From the NCBI RefSeq assembly GCF_006345805.1, contig NC_042998.1:123194001-123258000 (forward strand): 64,000 bases of DNA, written 5' to 3'. Position numbers and translations under genes: made by a program. This DNA comes from Octopus sinensis. Taxonomy: Eukaryota. Within the stretch, counting starts at the first letter, position 1, and each line of letters begins with the position of its first letter. Below, in pieces: positions 28,041 to 41,896 of this stretch. Below the pieces are notes generated by a model that was given only the letters and a program-made list of their open reading frames with translations, was not told the DNA's origin and did no database searches.

Positions 28041-29196
28041 GAATGAATTCATATAAAAAATAATAAGGAATGCATAAAAATACAATAACGAGAGTACTAC
28101 AAAATTTTCACGCACTTACATAAAAAATCCTGAAGATGTTGGTTATGTTTTTCAACATTCCTTGGACAGTACTTCACGTAGGAGCGATGTCATATATTTT
28201 CGAAAAAACATGTACCTACTATACATACATAATGGTAAAAACGCATTCTTACACACACAAACACACACACAAACACAAATACATGTATGTATACTTACAT
28301 ACAGACGCGTAGACAGTCACTCAGAAAGCTATGTAAATACATAGACTCACAAATATATGCAAATACATAGCAAGACATATTTTTTACAAATATAAGCACT
28401 AAAAAATACAAGAAAAACTATTAGATATTTCTGAATATATAATATATTGTTATTATTAGAAATCGTTGAGAGGAATTATGCAGCTAAAATTAAAATAAAA
28501 TCAAAATAAAAAGTAAAGTTATTCCTTGCAGTTAGAGTGAGGAAAAAAACAACAAATTATGTTTTTCGTAATTATTCTATTTTTACAATCAAACTTATTT
28601 CCTCATCAATAATTCAATATGATAATCATTCTAAAGAGTTAATTAATCAATAAGTTGAAATAATCGAGTTAGTGTTATTCTCTGAAACACCACATTGTAT
28701 TACTTCTTACTCATAAGATATATTTCGTGACTAGAATTGAAACTTGCGATTTTTTTCTCCGGCATTGAAGTTCTCTTCACAATCTTCATAATATAATCGA
28801 TTTCTTATGGCTGTTTTTCAATTCTTTATTAATACTGTTTGATGACCCGATTAATTATTTTTTTCTGCTGGGAGACTTGTAAAAGAATTAACAGAGTTTG
28901 TATATGAATGCTAAATTGGTAGCTTGCATTGTTGGAGGGAAGGTAACTTAGTTATATTGTTTGCAGAAATGAAGCTAGCATGCTTCCTGTATTTACAGAG
29001 TGACGCTAACCTGGTGATTTTGCTTAATGGGGAGATCTTTATGATGCATTTTATTTACGAAGAGAAACAAACTCGATAGATTGGTTTGTCAGGAGAGATT
29101 AAGCGATTGCTGAAATTAGCTGGAAAATTTCTCTGAACAGAAATTACACATTCTTTAAAATGAGGACAATATGCATTTTTTTTTTAAATTCCAAAG

Positions 29197-29244
29197 AAAC
29201 ATGCCACCAAAGCACGAAGCTGGATACTTTAAAATATCGATCTG
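29197..29244 (+). CDS. Candidate 48-nt micro-exon (NMPPKHEAGYFKISI)
   Basis: T-rich tract then aag|, donor |gtgaga, length divisible by 3, phase-compatible with 11707-11748; AAG acceptor is weak. Confidence 0.25.
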
Positions 29245-30320
29245 GTGAGAACAATTTCAACCATGTTATTCAATTTTATATTGATTGTCTTTTTATTTGA
29301 ATGTAGAGCGAAATTTGGCACGCAATCGGTATTATAACCTTCATTAGAATATCTCACATCATCGCAGTGTGAGTGTTTTTACTAGGTTATTAACAAGAAT
29401 TCCATTTTGCCATATTCCATTTGTCTTCTCATACATGTTATATTAGTGAAATAATTCACAATTATGCAGGGCAAATTAACCAGCATGTCTTGTAAGTTAG
29501 ATTAGTAACAAAAAGAGTGGTTTCGTACCCAGCTGAGTCGATCAAATTAATGTAAAAAATGCTGTGTGTATAATTGGTAATATATAGGAAAAATTAGAAT
29601 ATGCATTTGAATATTTTTCTGTATGATTCTTTAAAACAAAAGAAGACAGATTTTGAGGCAACAAACATTTAACTCACATTTTAATTAATGGGGCTCTCTT
29701 ACAACAGAATTCTAATTACTATAGGGGAACATTGTTAGAATGCAATTTGTAAAAGTTACATTAATGGAAATTAGGAATCACTATTATGTATGTCCGGATA
29801 TTTTCCCCCACGAGTCAAAATAATAATTCAAAAATCTCAGTAGATAATTTCAGAGCCACTAAGTCAACATCAATATTATAATCATTCCATTTATTAAAAA
29901 ATGGAATCTGAATTGCAAGATTACTGGCTTCTATTTATTGTTCTATCAGTTATTTATCATCTTTTCATATTAAGAGCTTTATCCTTTCCCTGCAAATATG
30001 AATCTATACGATAGAAACTTGAGTCAAAGAGTTTCAAGCCAGTATGCTTCATTTACTAAATATAGCATAAAAAACGATGATTCATATGAATGAAATGACA
30101 TAAATGACCCTATGACTAAACATAGTAAATTAATTACACAGCGCAAAAATCTCACATGTACATGTATGAATCAGCGTATATACATATATCTATACAAGTG
30201 TTCATGTCCTGTATCCACAAATATATGTGTGCGTGTGTGTGTTCTGTGTGTCTATGTGAGTGTGTATATAAACAAGCAAGCACGTATAAACGTATTTATA
30301 TATGTACATATATATGTATG

Positions 30321-30749
30321 TAGGAGTGGCTGCGTGGTAAGACACTTGCTTCCCAACCACATGGTTCTGGGTTCAATCCCACTCTGTGGGACATTGGGCA
30401 AGTGTCTTTCTACTTATAGCCTCGTGTTGATCAAAGCCTTATGACTGGATTTGTTAGATGGAATCTTAAAGAAGCCCGTCGTATATATATATGCATACGC
30501 ACAAATACATATATACATACACACACGCATATATGTAATTGTGTGTCTGTGTTTGTTCCACAGCCATCGCATAACAACCGATGTTGGCGTGTTTACGCCG
30601 CCGTAACTTAGCAGTTCGGTAAAAGGCACCGATAGAACTAGTACTAGGCTTACAAAGAATAAGTCCTGGGGTCGATTTGTTCGACTAAAGGAGGTGCTCC
30701 AGCATAGCTGCAGTGGAAGAACTGGAACAAGTAAAAGGATAAAAGGATA
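30321..30749 (+). mobile_element. tRNA-derived SINE family 1, near full length
   Basis: A-box-like tggctgcgtgg, B-box ggttcaatccc, internal microsatellite, tail ggtgctccagcatagctgcag followed by an A-rich end. Confidence 0.85.
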
Positions 30750-30829
30750 TATATATAAATATATATACACACTAGATTATATATATTATTTATATCTTAA
30801 AAATATTGATTATATTTTAGATTTTGAAA

Positions 30830-30892
30830 CCACCTGATGAATGACTGCGACTCAAAAATTTGATGACAGCAGGCAGGAAACGATCGTAGTGG
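30830..30892 (+). ncRNA. Type I hammerhead ribozyme in a PLE pseudo-LTR-like fragment (~30775-30983)
   Basis: CCAC-CTGATGA-..CTGC..GCAG..-GAAAC-GATC-GTA-GTGG. Confidence 0.8.
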
Positions 30893-30981
30893 ATATTATT
30901 ATATTTTTTAATAATTGTTACATATTTAAATAATATAAATTAATCATATGTATTGGCTTAAGTCTTTCATTGTTTGATTTG

Positions 30982-31042
<61 letters not shown>

Positions 31043-31727
31043 TTATGTATAGATATGTATATGCGCGCGCACACACACACACAAGCACATATGTATAGGC
31101 ACTGTAAAGGCGATTTGGTCAATAATTTTCTAATTTCTATTCAGAAGAATAAAAATATTATAAAGAAATCCTAAATCTAACGTTGGCTCGAGAGGTGACA
31201 TATTTGTGGCATTTCTTAACTCTAGCTAAGATTCCCCATTAATCAGTTGTATTTATTTATTGACTGAGAACCCCCACCATGAAGATAGTCGATCAATATT
31301 TGGATAGGAATCAGATTCTAGCGGAATCATTATGGTTGGGTAAGTCACGGACCTTCAATATTTACATTGTATTTACTACATTGGTTTTTCTTTTTGCGCC
31401 TTCACGACGCACTTAGTATATTTACGTAAAATGTATCAGGACCATCTCAAAATTGGTCTTTAATTCTATCTACCTCTCTTACAAAATAATTTTATATCAT
31501 TATGTTAATGCAGCTCTTCTTCCCAACTCAGCTATCTCTTTCTCTAATTCATACAATTTCTTTAATAATCTGACTGTTTATTTGCGTTGAACTATGTTTC
31601 AGACAATTATTACATCCTGTTCTGACTGTTCGTGTGAATAAACACACACATAGATACACACACACATGTATGTACGTATGCGTGTCTACATATATCTGTA
31701 AGTATTTACATCTATATCTATATGTAA

Positions 31728-31831
<104 letters not shown>

Positions 31832-31930
31832 GTTTGTCTGTCTATGTATGTATGTATGTATGTATGTATGTATGTATGTATCTATCTATCTATCTATCTA
31901 TCTATCTGTTTGTCTGTCTATCTATCTATG

Positions 31931-31962
<32 letters not shown>

Positions 31963-31994
31963 GATATCTCTCTTTCTATCTCTATCTATCTATC

Positions 31995-32044
<50 letters not shown>

Positions 32045-32595
32045 TGGGACAATTATTCGGTTGCCATTCGGATGCTGAGGCGGAAGTCTGCTCCGGCATC
32101 TTGTCATTATCAAGGCAATCAGAAAATGCAATGAAAATGAGCGTTAAACAAAGGGTAATTACTATGTAATTGACCGTTATTAAGACAAAACTACTATTAG
32201 AATGACCGTTAAATAAGGAGAAAAAACAGAAGGGAGGAAGTGAAAAAGTAAAAAAGAAAAATGCTCATAGAAATCGCGTATGGCCATGTTCATACACATG
32301 CGCGCAGGCATACCCACATACATGTGTCTATATGCATATGCTCACTCACACTCGCGTGAAACACATACATGCACACGCCCACATACACCTATATGTGCAT
32401 ATATATATGCAGCCATACATGTACACATATTCATATCCGTACACACGCGCACACATGAACACACGTGCACATAACCATATGCACACAATTATATTCAAAT
32501 ACACGTTTAAAATACACACATGCTATATATGCATATGCTCACTCACACTCGCGTGAAGCACATGCATGTACACCCACATATATATGCAACCATAC

Positions 32596-32628
<33 letters not shown>

Positions 32629-32659
32629 ACCGCACACACGCGCATACACCCACGATGTA

Positions 32660-33190
32660 CACATATCACTCTCAATCGAGACCGTTAACAACCTTTGGAA
32701 TCAAAGAAGCAACAACTTCACGACTATATGCGAATCCTCATACACGACCAAAGAGCTGCAGAGGAAGCCTGGGCTGTTAAAAATATCAAGAATAATCCTA
32801 AGGTCTTTTATTCCTTTGCAAAAACAAGGAGGACATATTTCCCTTTATCGGCCCCCTGATTGACGGAAACGGCATATTTCACAGTCATGTCAAAGGCATG
32901 GCTGAGGTCCTGCAAAGTCAATACTGTTCTGTTTTCAGTGATCCTGGTTCAGTTCACTCAAGCAGCTCCGCTTGTTTGAATCTTCAACATGTCCTTTCCA
33001 ACATAACCATCGACGCCACTGATATCGTAACAGCAATAAAAGAAATCAAACCTAATTCAGCAGTGGGTCTGGAGACGTTCCCTGCTAGGATGATGAAGGA
33101 ATATGATCGAACGATGCTTCAATCGGACCTATGCACAGTAACCCACTGGGCACAAAAAAAGAATATAAAGTTGAACGAAGAAAACGTAGT
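32660..33190 (+). mobile_element. CR1-like LINE fragment with RT core deleted
   Basis: NIKNNPKVFYSF, MAEVLQSQYCSVFS, FPARMMKE joined directly to LQSDLCTVTHWAQ. Confidence 0.8.
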
Positions 33191-33199
33191 TCTTGGGAA

Positions 33200-33418
33200 G
33201 ATACAGCGTGACACAGAGTGTGACAAGGCTTGTCCTTTGAAATACAGGTACAACAGAAACAGGAAGAAAGAGTGAGAGAAAGTTGTGGTGAAAGGGTACA
33301 CCAAGGTTGGCCACCACCTCCTGCCAGAGCCTCGTGGCGTTTTAGATGTTTTCGCTCAATAAACACTGAAAATACCCAGTTTAGGAATCGAAACCGCGAT
33401 CCTCCGCTGCTCTAACCA
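33200..33418 (-). mobile_element. tRNA-derived SINE family 3, 5' part
   Basis: Reverse complement starts TGGTTAGAGCAGCGG..GGTTTCGATTCC (pol III A/B boxes). Confidence 0.7.
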
Positions 33419-33475
33419 TATATATACATACACATGAACGGCAACGGAAACTCAGAGTAACATTTTGTGCTGCTT

Positions 33476-33555
<80 letters not shown>

Positions 33556-33929
33556 TATATGAGATTAGAAATTCTCTCACAATATAGAGGTTTGTACTTA
33601 GAAGTGTTTAAGGGTAACTTGAGAGGAAATATATAAATATGTAATAAACCGTTTGATTTATTATTTTGCACATTACTTAATCATCGTTATGTTTTTTATC
33701 TTATATTTAATCTTTCTATTATATGTAATTTTCTAGATGGTGTAATTTAACTTTTCATTTTGAATTGATAAAAGGTGTTTATTTTCTAATTTATTTTTTC
33801 TAAAATATACACATGTTTTGTGAAATTTGATTTAGTATTTCTAAATTGAATTTTCCCCTGTAAGTTAGGAATAATATTCCCTCATATCATTATTATATAG
33901 GTATGTATATATATATATATATATATATG

Positions 33930-33999
<70 letters not shown>

Positions 34000-34080
34000 T
34001 TAGAGACAAAACCACTATTTTGCAAATCAAACAAGGAAAGACTTAATCAATACATAAAAAAAAATTTATATAAAGTAAAT

Positions 34081-34134
34081 AAATCGCCACTACAATTGTT
34101 TCCTGTCTTCAAATGACATTCATCAGGTGGATTT
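34081..34134 (-). ncRNA. Type I hammerhead ribozyme, same element family as 30830, inverted copy (element ~33992-35100)
   Basis: AAATCCAC-CTGATGA-A-TGTC-ATTTGAA-GACA-G-GAAAC-AATT-GTA-GTGG; flanks homologous to 30800-30983. Confidence 0.82.
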
Positions 34135-35124
34135 CATATCTAAAAATATCAATATTTTAAAAAATAAATTTAAAATGGCTAAAACTATAAATAATATAAA
34201 TTTATCAATGAAAAAATATAAAAATATATAATCTATATATAATCTATATATAATCTATATATAATATAATCAAGAACTAAAATAACCTCTATAAACAATT
34301 GAATATAAAGAAACCTATTATTAAAGTTCTCATATTTAAAGATGAAGAATCTAATTTCAAAAAACAAAAAACAAAAAACAAAAAAACAAAAATAAAAATA
34401 AACTATATATACCCACATGCTCATACACATATATCTAAGTATATATAAACATATCTAAATACATACACTAACTCACACGCCCATATATATCTCTATACAT
34501 ACACATAAACATCTAGGCAACGATAAATTAATAAAATAGCCAAATACTTCAACACATTACTTATTCATACTCCCTCACACACACACATACAACCCTCATT
34601 CATAAACACACTCACTCTGCATGACAACAACACAATCAGCATTCGCATATACTCAACCACAACAATATAAACATTTCATTCTTAGCAAGAAACTACCAAA
34701 TACCAAATACCACATATATACCACAACAATACATAAATACTTAAACCAAACACACACACACACATATTCAAATACCACATGCATGCAACAAACATACACA
34801 AATACGCAAACAAACACACACACACACATATCCAAATACCACATGCATGCAACAAACATAAACACACACATATTCAAATACCACATGCATGCAACAAACA
34901 TACACAAATACGCAAACAACACACACACACACACACATTTACACATACATAAACACTCAAAAGAAAAACAACATTTCTACACATAAACAATGCACACCCA
35001 CACACATTCACACACAATCACTCTCATACAACCGCATTCCTACCGCCATTCCAACGCAGATGAGTTACAAATTTAGCAGATACATACTCTCAGCCACTTA
35101 CATACATATATATATATATATGCA

Positions 35125-35204
<80 letters not shown>

Positions 35205-35220
35205 TATATATAACTTATAA

Positions 35221-36299
35221 CTTAGAATAACTTAGAAAGGTTTTGGCCAGTATTGGCCCAGGCCATGTCTAACTTAATAGCACCACCTGGTGAAGTCTTT
35301 CAGTTCAGGATTTGGGCACCAAGGCCCATTCGAGCAGAGAGTTATTGTTTGCGGAGACATATCCGGGTGTGGGTTGTTTGTCCGGTACTGTTTGAAGGAA
35401 TTTGTCCAAAGACTTCTTTAATTTTGTGTGGTCAGTTTCTTTTTTGACGTGCCCTGGTGTAATGTTGAAGAGAGTAGGTCCAATTGAGGTGAAATAGTTG
35501 TGCCATATTGTCGTTATGTGATGCGATTTAGATTTTTGTTGTGGACGGATGGCACGTGGTCCAAGCCTTGGATGCATTTTGAAGGTGATGCCAACATCAT
35601 TCGGACAGTGCTGGTGGAATATTTTCCACATCATACAGATAATGTAGCGTTCACGGCGTCGTTGGAGTGAATACAATTTCAGCTTCTCTAGTCTACCCCA
35701 GTAGTCAAGGTCTGACATGCCATCTATCTTTTTTGTGATTGACCTTTGGGGAGCTTCAATTCTCATAATATTTTGTTTTGTGTAGGGAGACCACAGTGGA
35801 CAGCAGTATTCAAGGTGGGGTCGGGCAAAAGTGGAGAAGAGAAGGATAATAGCGTGGGAATCTCTCGACTGGAAGGTTCTGAGAGTCCAGGAACACATTC
35901 TGCGGGCCATGTCAACTTTGCTGCTTATATGTGTAGCCCAGCTTATGTTGTTGTCCACTGTTACTCCCAGGTCTCTGATGTTGTTGGATGCCATGAGAAT
36001 TTCTCCAGAAGGAAGAGAGTATGGGAGTTTCAGAGCGTCCTCCCTTCCAAAGTGGATCAGTTCAAATTTGTCTTCATTTAGCAACATGTTATTCTTTTCC
36101 GCCCATTGGACAACAGCCAGTAGGTCTGACTGAAGGTTTATTCGGTCATCCACGCCATTGATGACCTTCTGGAGCTTGGAGTCATCAGCGAAGGTTCTGA
36201 TGTTACTGTGTTTGATGGTATCAGTAATATCATTTATGTAGATTATGAAGAGAAGTGGGCCCAACACAGTGCCTTGTGGGACACCACTGCTGACTTTGG

Positions 36300-36300
<1 letters not shown>
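35221..36300 (-). mobile_element. 5'-truncated young CR1-like LINE in a (TA)n tract
   Basis: Uninterrupted RT C-terminal frame plus 3' UTR, microsatellite on both sides. Confidence 0.92.
35305..36300 (-). CDS. Reverse transcriptase C-terminal half (~330 codons, no genuine start)
   Basis: SGVPQGTVLGPLLFIIYINDI, FADDSKL, RDLGV, RPHLEYCCPLWSP, LYSLQRRRER; the N-terminal 94 aa of the track ORF is microsatellite/unrelated. Confidence 0.9.
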
Positions 36301-36375
<75 letters not shown>

Positions 36376-36899
36376 TGTGTGTGTGTGTGTGTCTGTGTGT
36401 GTCTGTGTACATGCATATATATGCATATATGGGTACGGAACGTCACAAAACGTAAACAAGATGAAATTCGAAGACAACAGGAAATGCGAGGCAAACATGG
36501 GTATTCGAACAACGAGAGAAACAAATGGAAAACAAAAGAAGTAATATAGAGAACGGCTCTTCATCTGTTGATGGCTGTTCATCTACTCTACATCTCGAGC
36601 AATTCACGACAATATGAAGATTCCTGCGAACCAAAATAAAATTTGGGATTTTGAGGAGTGTCAAAGTTGGTAGCAAAAACAGGTCAGTGGAAACATAAAA
36701 CAAACCAAACAGAAACAAACATGGAGGGCCGTTAGGCCAGACGAGGTAAGGTAGCGACCGTGGAGGAATATTGTCTTTCACGAGACAAAGGATAGGCGAG
36801 GAAATAGATAAGAATGCGTCTGGTCTATGCGACATACTGAAGGAAAAGAAAGATGGATGTTGCTCACGTGTGAGCAACGAGATAAATTGGTTGGGGATA

Positions 36900-37071
36900 T
36901 AGATTTGATTGATACTTTCGACTCATACAATCCTCTCTACTAAATTCACTCAGAAGGCACCGGTTTGTGTTTGAGTGTAATGCAGAAAAGTTTCTTAAGG
37001 TGCTGCACAATAGGATTGAACACGGAACGATGTGGTTGCGAAGCGAATTTCTGAACCACACGGCGATGCCT
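36900..37071 (-). mobile_element. SINE family 1 fragment
   Basis: Reverse-complement head aggcatcgccgtgtggttcagaaattcgctt...gttcaatcc. Confidence 0.6.
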
Positions 37072-37491
37072 ATTCGTAATGCACTATACCTGTACTTGTT
37101 AGCAAGAAAATCATCCGCACCTGTATTACTAGACGTGTTTTGTTTCTGAAGTAAATTTGAATTTAGAACTGAATTAACGTTTCGTTCTTATCAGTTTAAA
37201 TCATGATTGCATCTGTTAAGGTTTTTCATAGGCAGTATTATGAGTAATTAGTATAATCTACGTTAGTTAACTCAGCTACTTTGATATATGTATGAGAATG
37301 GAGAATATTACCCAAACAAATATCTCACCAGTGAGATAGCGTTCACACCTGATTCTCGGTGTATAACACTTCATTCATTTCACCAAGAAGCTCTAGGTGG
37401 AGCCTGATGGAGTTACTTTTCAGAACAGGAGAGCTATCGAAATTTCGAGACCAATGCCTTATAAAATACACAGATCTATACAAGTTCATTA

Positions 37492-38979
37492 CACTGGGAA
37501 GCATGGCTTTTGTTCTCTGATGTTGGAGACATGATTCCTTGGAATTTTGATGCGCTGATTTAAAAAATGAAATCTACTTTATCACGTCAAATATTTTTCA
37601 CAAACTAAAATGTCCATTTTCACAGTTATTCCGGTTTGTCGCTATTTCTAAGTATAGATTTGAGTTCATCAAATGCAGACCCATTCATGGAGTCTGACTT
37701 AACTTCGAAAACAACGGTTCCAATAACATTTAAAGTAAATGCATTAACAAAAGTGAAGACACAAGTCATGATTTAAGGATCTTCAGTAAATAAAAACATC
37801 ACACTCGAACAACTTCCATTACTTTCGATGAAACAAGTTTTAAATGTGATGATAATGATGACAGAAATGTCCTTTATGCAATTACATTTTAACGTAATAA
37901 ACAACACTTTCTGAGGTCCTTGAAGTCATACATGTCACATATTCGAGAAAACTCTCTGCATTTACGCCCATGCTGTGCTTGATTTAGTGTGGGACGAGTT
38001 TTGACGAATCTAACTATTTCTTATAAAATGTGCCATTAATGTTTTAATGAGATCAATTAAAAGCATTTTCCAGCATGTTAAAAGAACTGTAAAAGAACTT
38101 CGTGGTATGTATGCTCTTTATGGAACTTTGCAATCAGAAATCTGTATTACCTTAATTAATAACTGACAGTTTTGATTAAGACAGTGGCTGTTTCAAATAG
38201 CCAAACAGTAAATTACCAGCTTTGTCTTGTGAGAAAATTATGTTTGCAGTGATTGGTGGGCCACAAATTATGTGACTATTGAAGGGCGCGCTGTTTTTGG
38301 AGACTATGTCAGGTTTTGAAAAAGAAGCTTGGAATGTTTTTTTTCTACAGTTGTGTCTGATTTCCTGGGTGGCAGGAAGTCATCAAATTATGACGAACTT
38401 GTGCAGGCTCTGCTGACCAGTTTTCGAGCGCTGGGCTACAAGAGTGTAAATGTGCACAGCCATCCGGACTACTTCTCTGAAAAACATAGTGCAATAATGA
38501 TGAGCAAGGACAAATATTCCACCAAGACATCGACACCATGGAGACAAGGTATCACAGCAGGTAGAACACTAACATCATGGTTGACCACTGCTGGTCTCTG
38601 GAAGGAGACTGCCGTGATGCAAGTTATTCACGCAAAACAGCAAAGCGAAAGTTCCCTCCTAGAGTAGCGGAGACTCCAGTTTGACAGAAATATCTATCTT
38701 AAGATATGTAATTAAACATTTTACTCTATTAAACTAAGCATTGTGTGTAATATATGTGTTAAACAATTAAACGTACTATTTGGTTTGTGTTAATTTCTTA
38801 TTTCAGTATTGCTTTTAATGGCAAAATTGACATTAAAAAAAAATGACTCCCTGTTTAACGAATAACTTGATGTGATAGAAAATTTCCAAGGGCGTTTCTA
38901 AACCCAGTACCGTAAAATTAGGTAGAACTAGTTGTGAAGAGCAAGACAACGAAAATATTTTCGCAAATATTCCCCAGTA
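37492..38979 (+). mobile_element. Decayed Chapaev3-like (CMC) DNA transposon
   Basis: Ends CACTGGGAA / TTCCCCAGTA, possible TSD tta/ttg; remnant FLGGRKSSNYDELVQALL..HSHPDYF and, frameshifted, DEQGQIFHQDIDTMETRY..DHCW. Confidence 0.7.
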
Positions 38980-39585
38980 TTGTCAATAAAATAATAAAAG
39001 TAGGCAATATAATAGCTCTTATTCAGAGGGTAAGCTGCAGAAAGAAAAAGAAAAGTGATAGAAGAAAACTGGCGGTAATTTTGAAATCAGCTTGCTAATT
39101 TTAGTCTAAATCAAGTGAAAAAGTAAACTCAACAAAAATTATGTTCAAAACCGTTACCCTATGTTGTAGATGTCAAGAGTTCAATGCAAAACAACCTAAA
39201 AAAGAAAAGACAAACTACACATATTTGAAGTACTTCCCGTGCATTACCTTGTGTGAATACTCAAATGAAACAATGAAGATTCTTTCCGTATACAGAACTT
39301 TGACGCAAGTTACGTCACTGATATTGAATAAACCGGGATAGAATAGCAGAATTTTGAAAATTTAATCTGACACGAATAATAAAAGAAAAGAATACAGTTC
39401 TATCATGTGTCCATGTTGCGGTGTTTTCACATGTCTCAAATACATGTAAGCACCCAAAATTGAGGAGCAAGCATTAATGTCGTTACCTCAAATTCCGTCT
39501 TGCCTCCGGAGGACAGTAAAACATATTTAGTTTGAAATTCTAGGGTAGAAGATCTAGGCGTAGTATGAAGTGTGTATGTCGATGC

Positions 39586-39683
<98 letters not shown>

Positions 39684-39851
39684 TTATCTATCTGTCTGTC
39701 TGTCTGTCTGTCTGTCTGCCTGCCTGCCTCTCTGTCTGTCTGTCTGTATGTCTGTCTGTCTGTCTGTCTGTTTGAATGTATGTATATATTGCGTACACAC
39801 ACATGCACACACAGAAACGCACGCACACACACATGTACACATGGAGTGGAC

Positions 39852-39903
39852 GCCTCTGATGAGAACACAATAAGGTCAATAAGGTTTGAAAATGTATTAA
39901 GGC
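39852..39903 (+). ncRNA. Solitary hammerhead candidate with UUA cleavage triplet
   Basis: GCCT-CTGATGA-GAAC..GTTT-GAAAA-TGTA-TTA-AGGC. Confidence 0.6.
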
Positions 39904-40920
39904 TGTTTTTCAGTGTGCAGAGATAGGGTTGAAATTTGCCCTGTTTAATATTATACCATATGTTACATATGTGTGTGTGAGAGAGTATTTATGAGTGCGT
40001 GTGTGTGTGTGTGTTTGAGTGTGTGTGAGTGTGTGTGAGTGTGTGTGTGTGCTAGTGTGTGTATATATATGTGTGTGCTTGTATAATATGCTACTGAGGG
40101 GAGAGAACCGCTTCGAGGTGTGTATTATTGTTTTCCTTATATTGTGAAATATGTTTCAATGAGTGAAAAGAAGGAAAAGAGCATACAATATTTCCATATT
40201 TCCATATAATTCATTTATGAGACTTTCCAGTCATCTTGGATTGTACCATTTCACCTTTCTTCTGAGATTTTGAATTCTCTCGTCACTTAGAAATTAAAGT
40301 TAAATATGAGCGATGTTTCTGTTCTTTCTTTTTTTTTTATTTCTTTTAACAGTGGAAAAAAAGGAAAGGGAGAGCCAGGGATAGGGAAAAAGAAACTTCA
40401 AATTGATTTGAAGTTAAAATAAAATAGAATTGATTTTTCTATTTTTTCTTTTTCCCTTCTAACAGTGGAGCAAGGAAGAGGAGAGGGAGAGAGAAAGAGA
40501 GAGAGAGGGGTGGGGGTGAGAAAAAAGCCTCTCACGTGCTTTTGTTTTTGAAGTACCCTGTGTGTTATCTCTCTTTTTTTCACAGTTCCAGTAATAATTT
40601 GCCTTGTGTGGTGGTGCATCCAGCAGGTACACTTAATATGTCCTCTACACGTCACACACAAAATGTTGTGTGTTTTTCCGGGTGCAAATGTATTTCTCTG
40701 TTGTTTATTACGAACGCTTTCCGTTTTTATTTCATTTTGCCACGGAATTTTGTCAACATTTTCTGTGGATAACAGTTGAAATGTAGTCAGCCGTCCATAT
40801 GCACGTGATCGTCGAAATGCACACTGCTCCTGCTGTTTATGGCTGCTTATAGGAGGTGTGTGTGTGCAATATATATATATATATACATATGCATACATAT
40901 ATATATATATACATACATAT

Positions 40921-41320
40921 ATCCTGGAGGGTCTTGTCCCAAACTTTGGCATTCAAAGTTACTCCAACCGCAGAACGGGGCGCCGCTGCGTGGTGTCAAG
41001 GATTCCAACATCACCATCAAAATACAGGTCCAGATACCGCAACAGCTTGGGTTTCAGAGGACCACAGCTCTTTAACATCCTCCCTAAATGCCTGAGAGAC
41101 TTACATGGTGTGGATGTGGGTTTCTTTAAAACTAAACTGGATCTCTTCTTGCTGGGAGTCCCAGATGAGCCTACCTCACGACAGGAGACGCGGATGCGGG
41201 AACCAGCATCGAACTCCCTTGTTGGTCAAGTGCCACGTATCAGAGGTGGATTCACAAACTAGTGTACCTCATTCAGCGGTGGTGCCCCAGCATGGCCGCG
41301 GCCTTCGGGCTAAAAAACAT
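40921..41320 (+). mobile_element. CR1-like LINE 3' end with 3' UTR
   Basis: GPQLFNILPKCLR..FKTKLDLFL..VPDEP, stop at 41262, tail ggtgccccagcatggccgc. Confidence 0.85.
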
Positions 41321-41331
41321 TTTAAAGGATT

Positions 41332-41374
<43 letters not shown>

Positions 41375-41377
<3 letters not shown>

Positions 41378-41537
41378 AATACAGTGTACGTTCAAACACA
41401 AAAGAGATACCCGAAGAATAGGATATCTGACTCCAAGCGACAATTTGGTGGCTTGGAGTTTTAATTGCTCTTTCTCGCGAGTCAGATATCCTATTCTTCG
41501 GGTATCTCTTTTGTGTTTGAACGTACACTGTATTCTT
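41375..41537. repeat. Perfect 59-bp inverted repeat with 45-nt spacer
   Basis: 41375-41433 is the reverse complement of 41479-41537; abuts (TA)n. Confidence 0.95.
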
Positions 41538-41689
41538 CTTTGAATAATATATAGTCTATTGACTAATTTTTCCTTTCTCGCTAGACAACTGGTAACTAAG
41601 AGTTTTTCGATGAATATTCTTGCTACCCTAAGATTTTAATTAATGATAAATATATATATACACACATATGTGTATATATATGTATATGT

Positions 41690-41756
<67 letters not shown>

Positions 41757-41861
41757 GTTAATCCAAACAAGAAAACACAGAAAAAAAGAGAAAAAAACAC
41801 AGCAACGCAGGACGTGGAACAATTAAAGTATTATTGACGCTCAGGAAAGAAGGGAAGGAGG

Positions 41862-41896
41862 GTTTAACGTTTCGAGCGGAGCTCTTCGTCGGAAAC
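41862..41896 (-). ncRNA. Ultra-minimal variant hammerhead (CCGACGA core) in repeat ~41757-41940
   Basis: GTTT-CCGACGA-A-GAGC-TCC-GCTC-GAAAC-GTT-AAAC; stem III reduced to the palindrome ACGT. Confidence 0.6.

Noticed and set aside
28128-28183. CTGAAGA with tgttg/caaca stem and GTA-GGA
   Set aside because: GAAA half of the core is missing
33370-33418. tRNA gene
   Set aside because: Only A/B boxes without a full cloverleaf; SINE head
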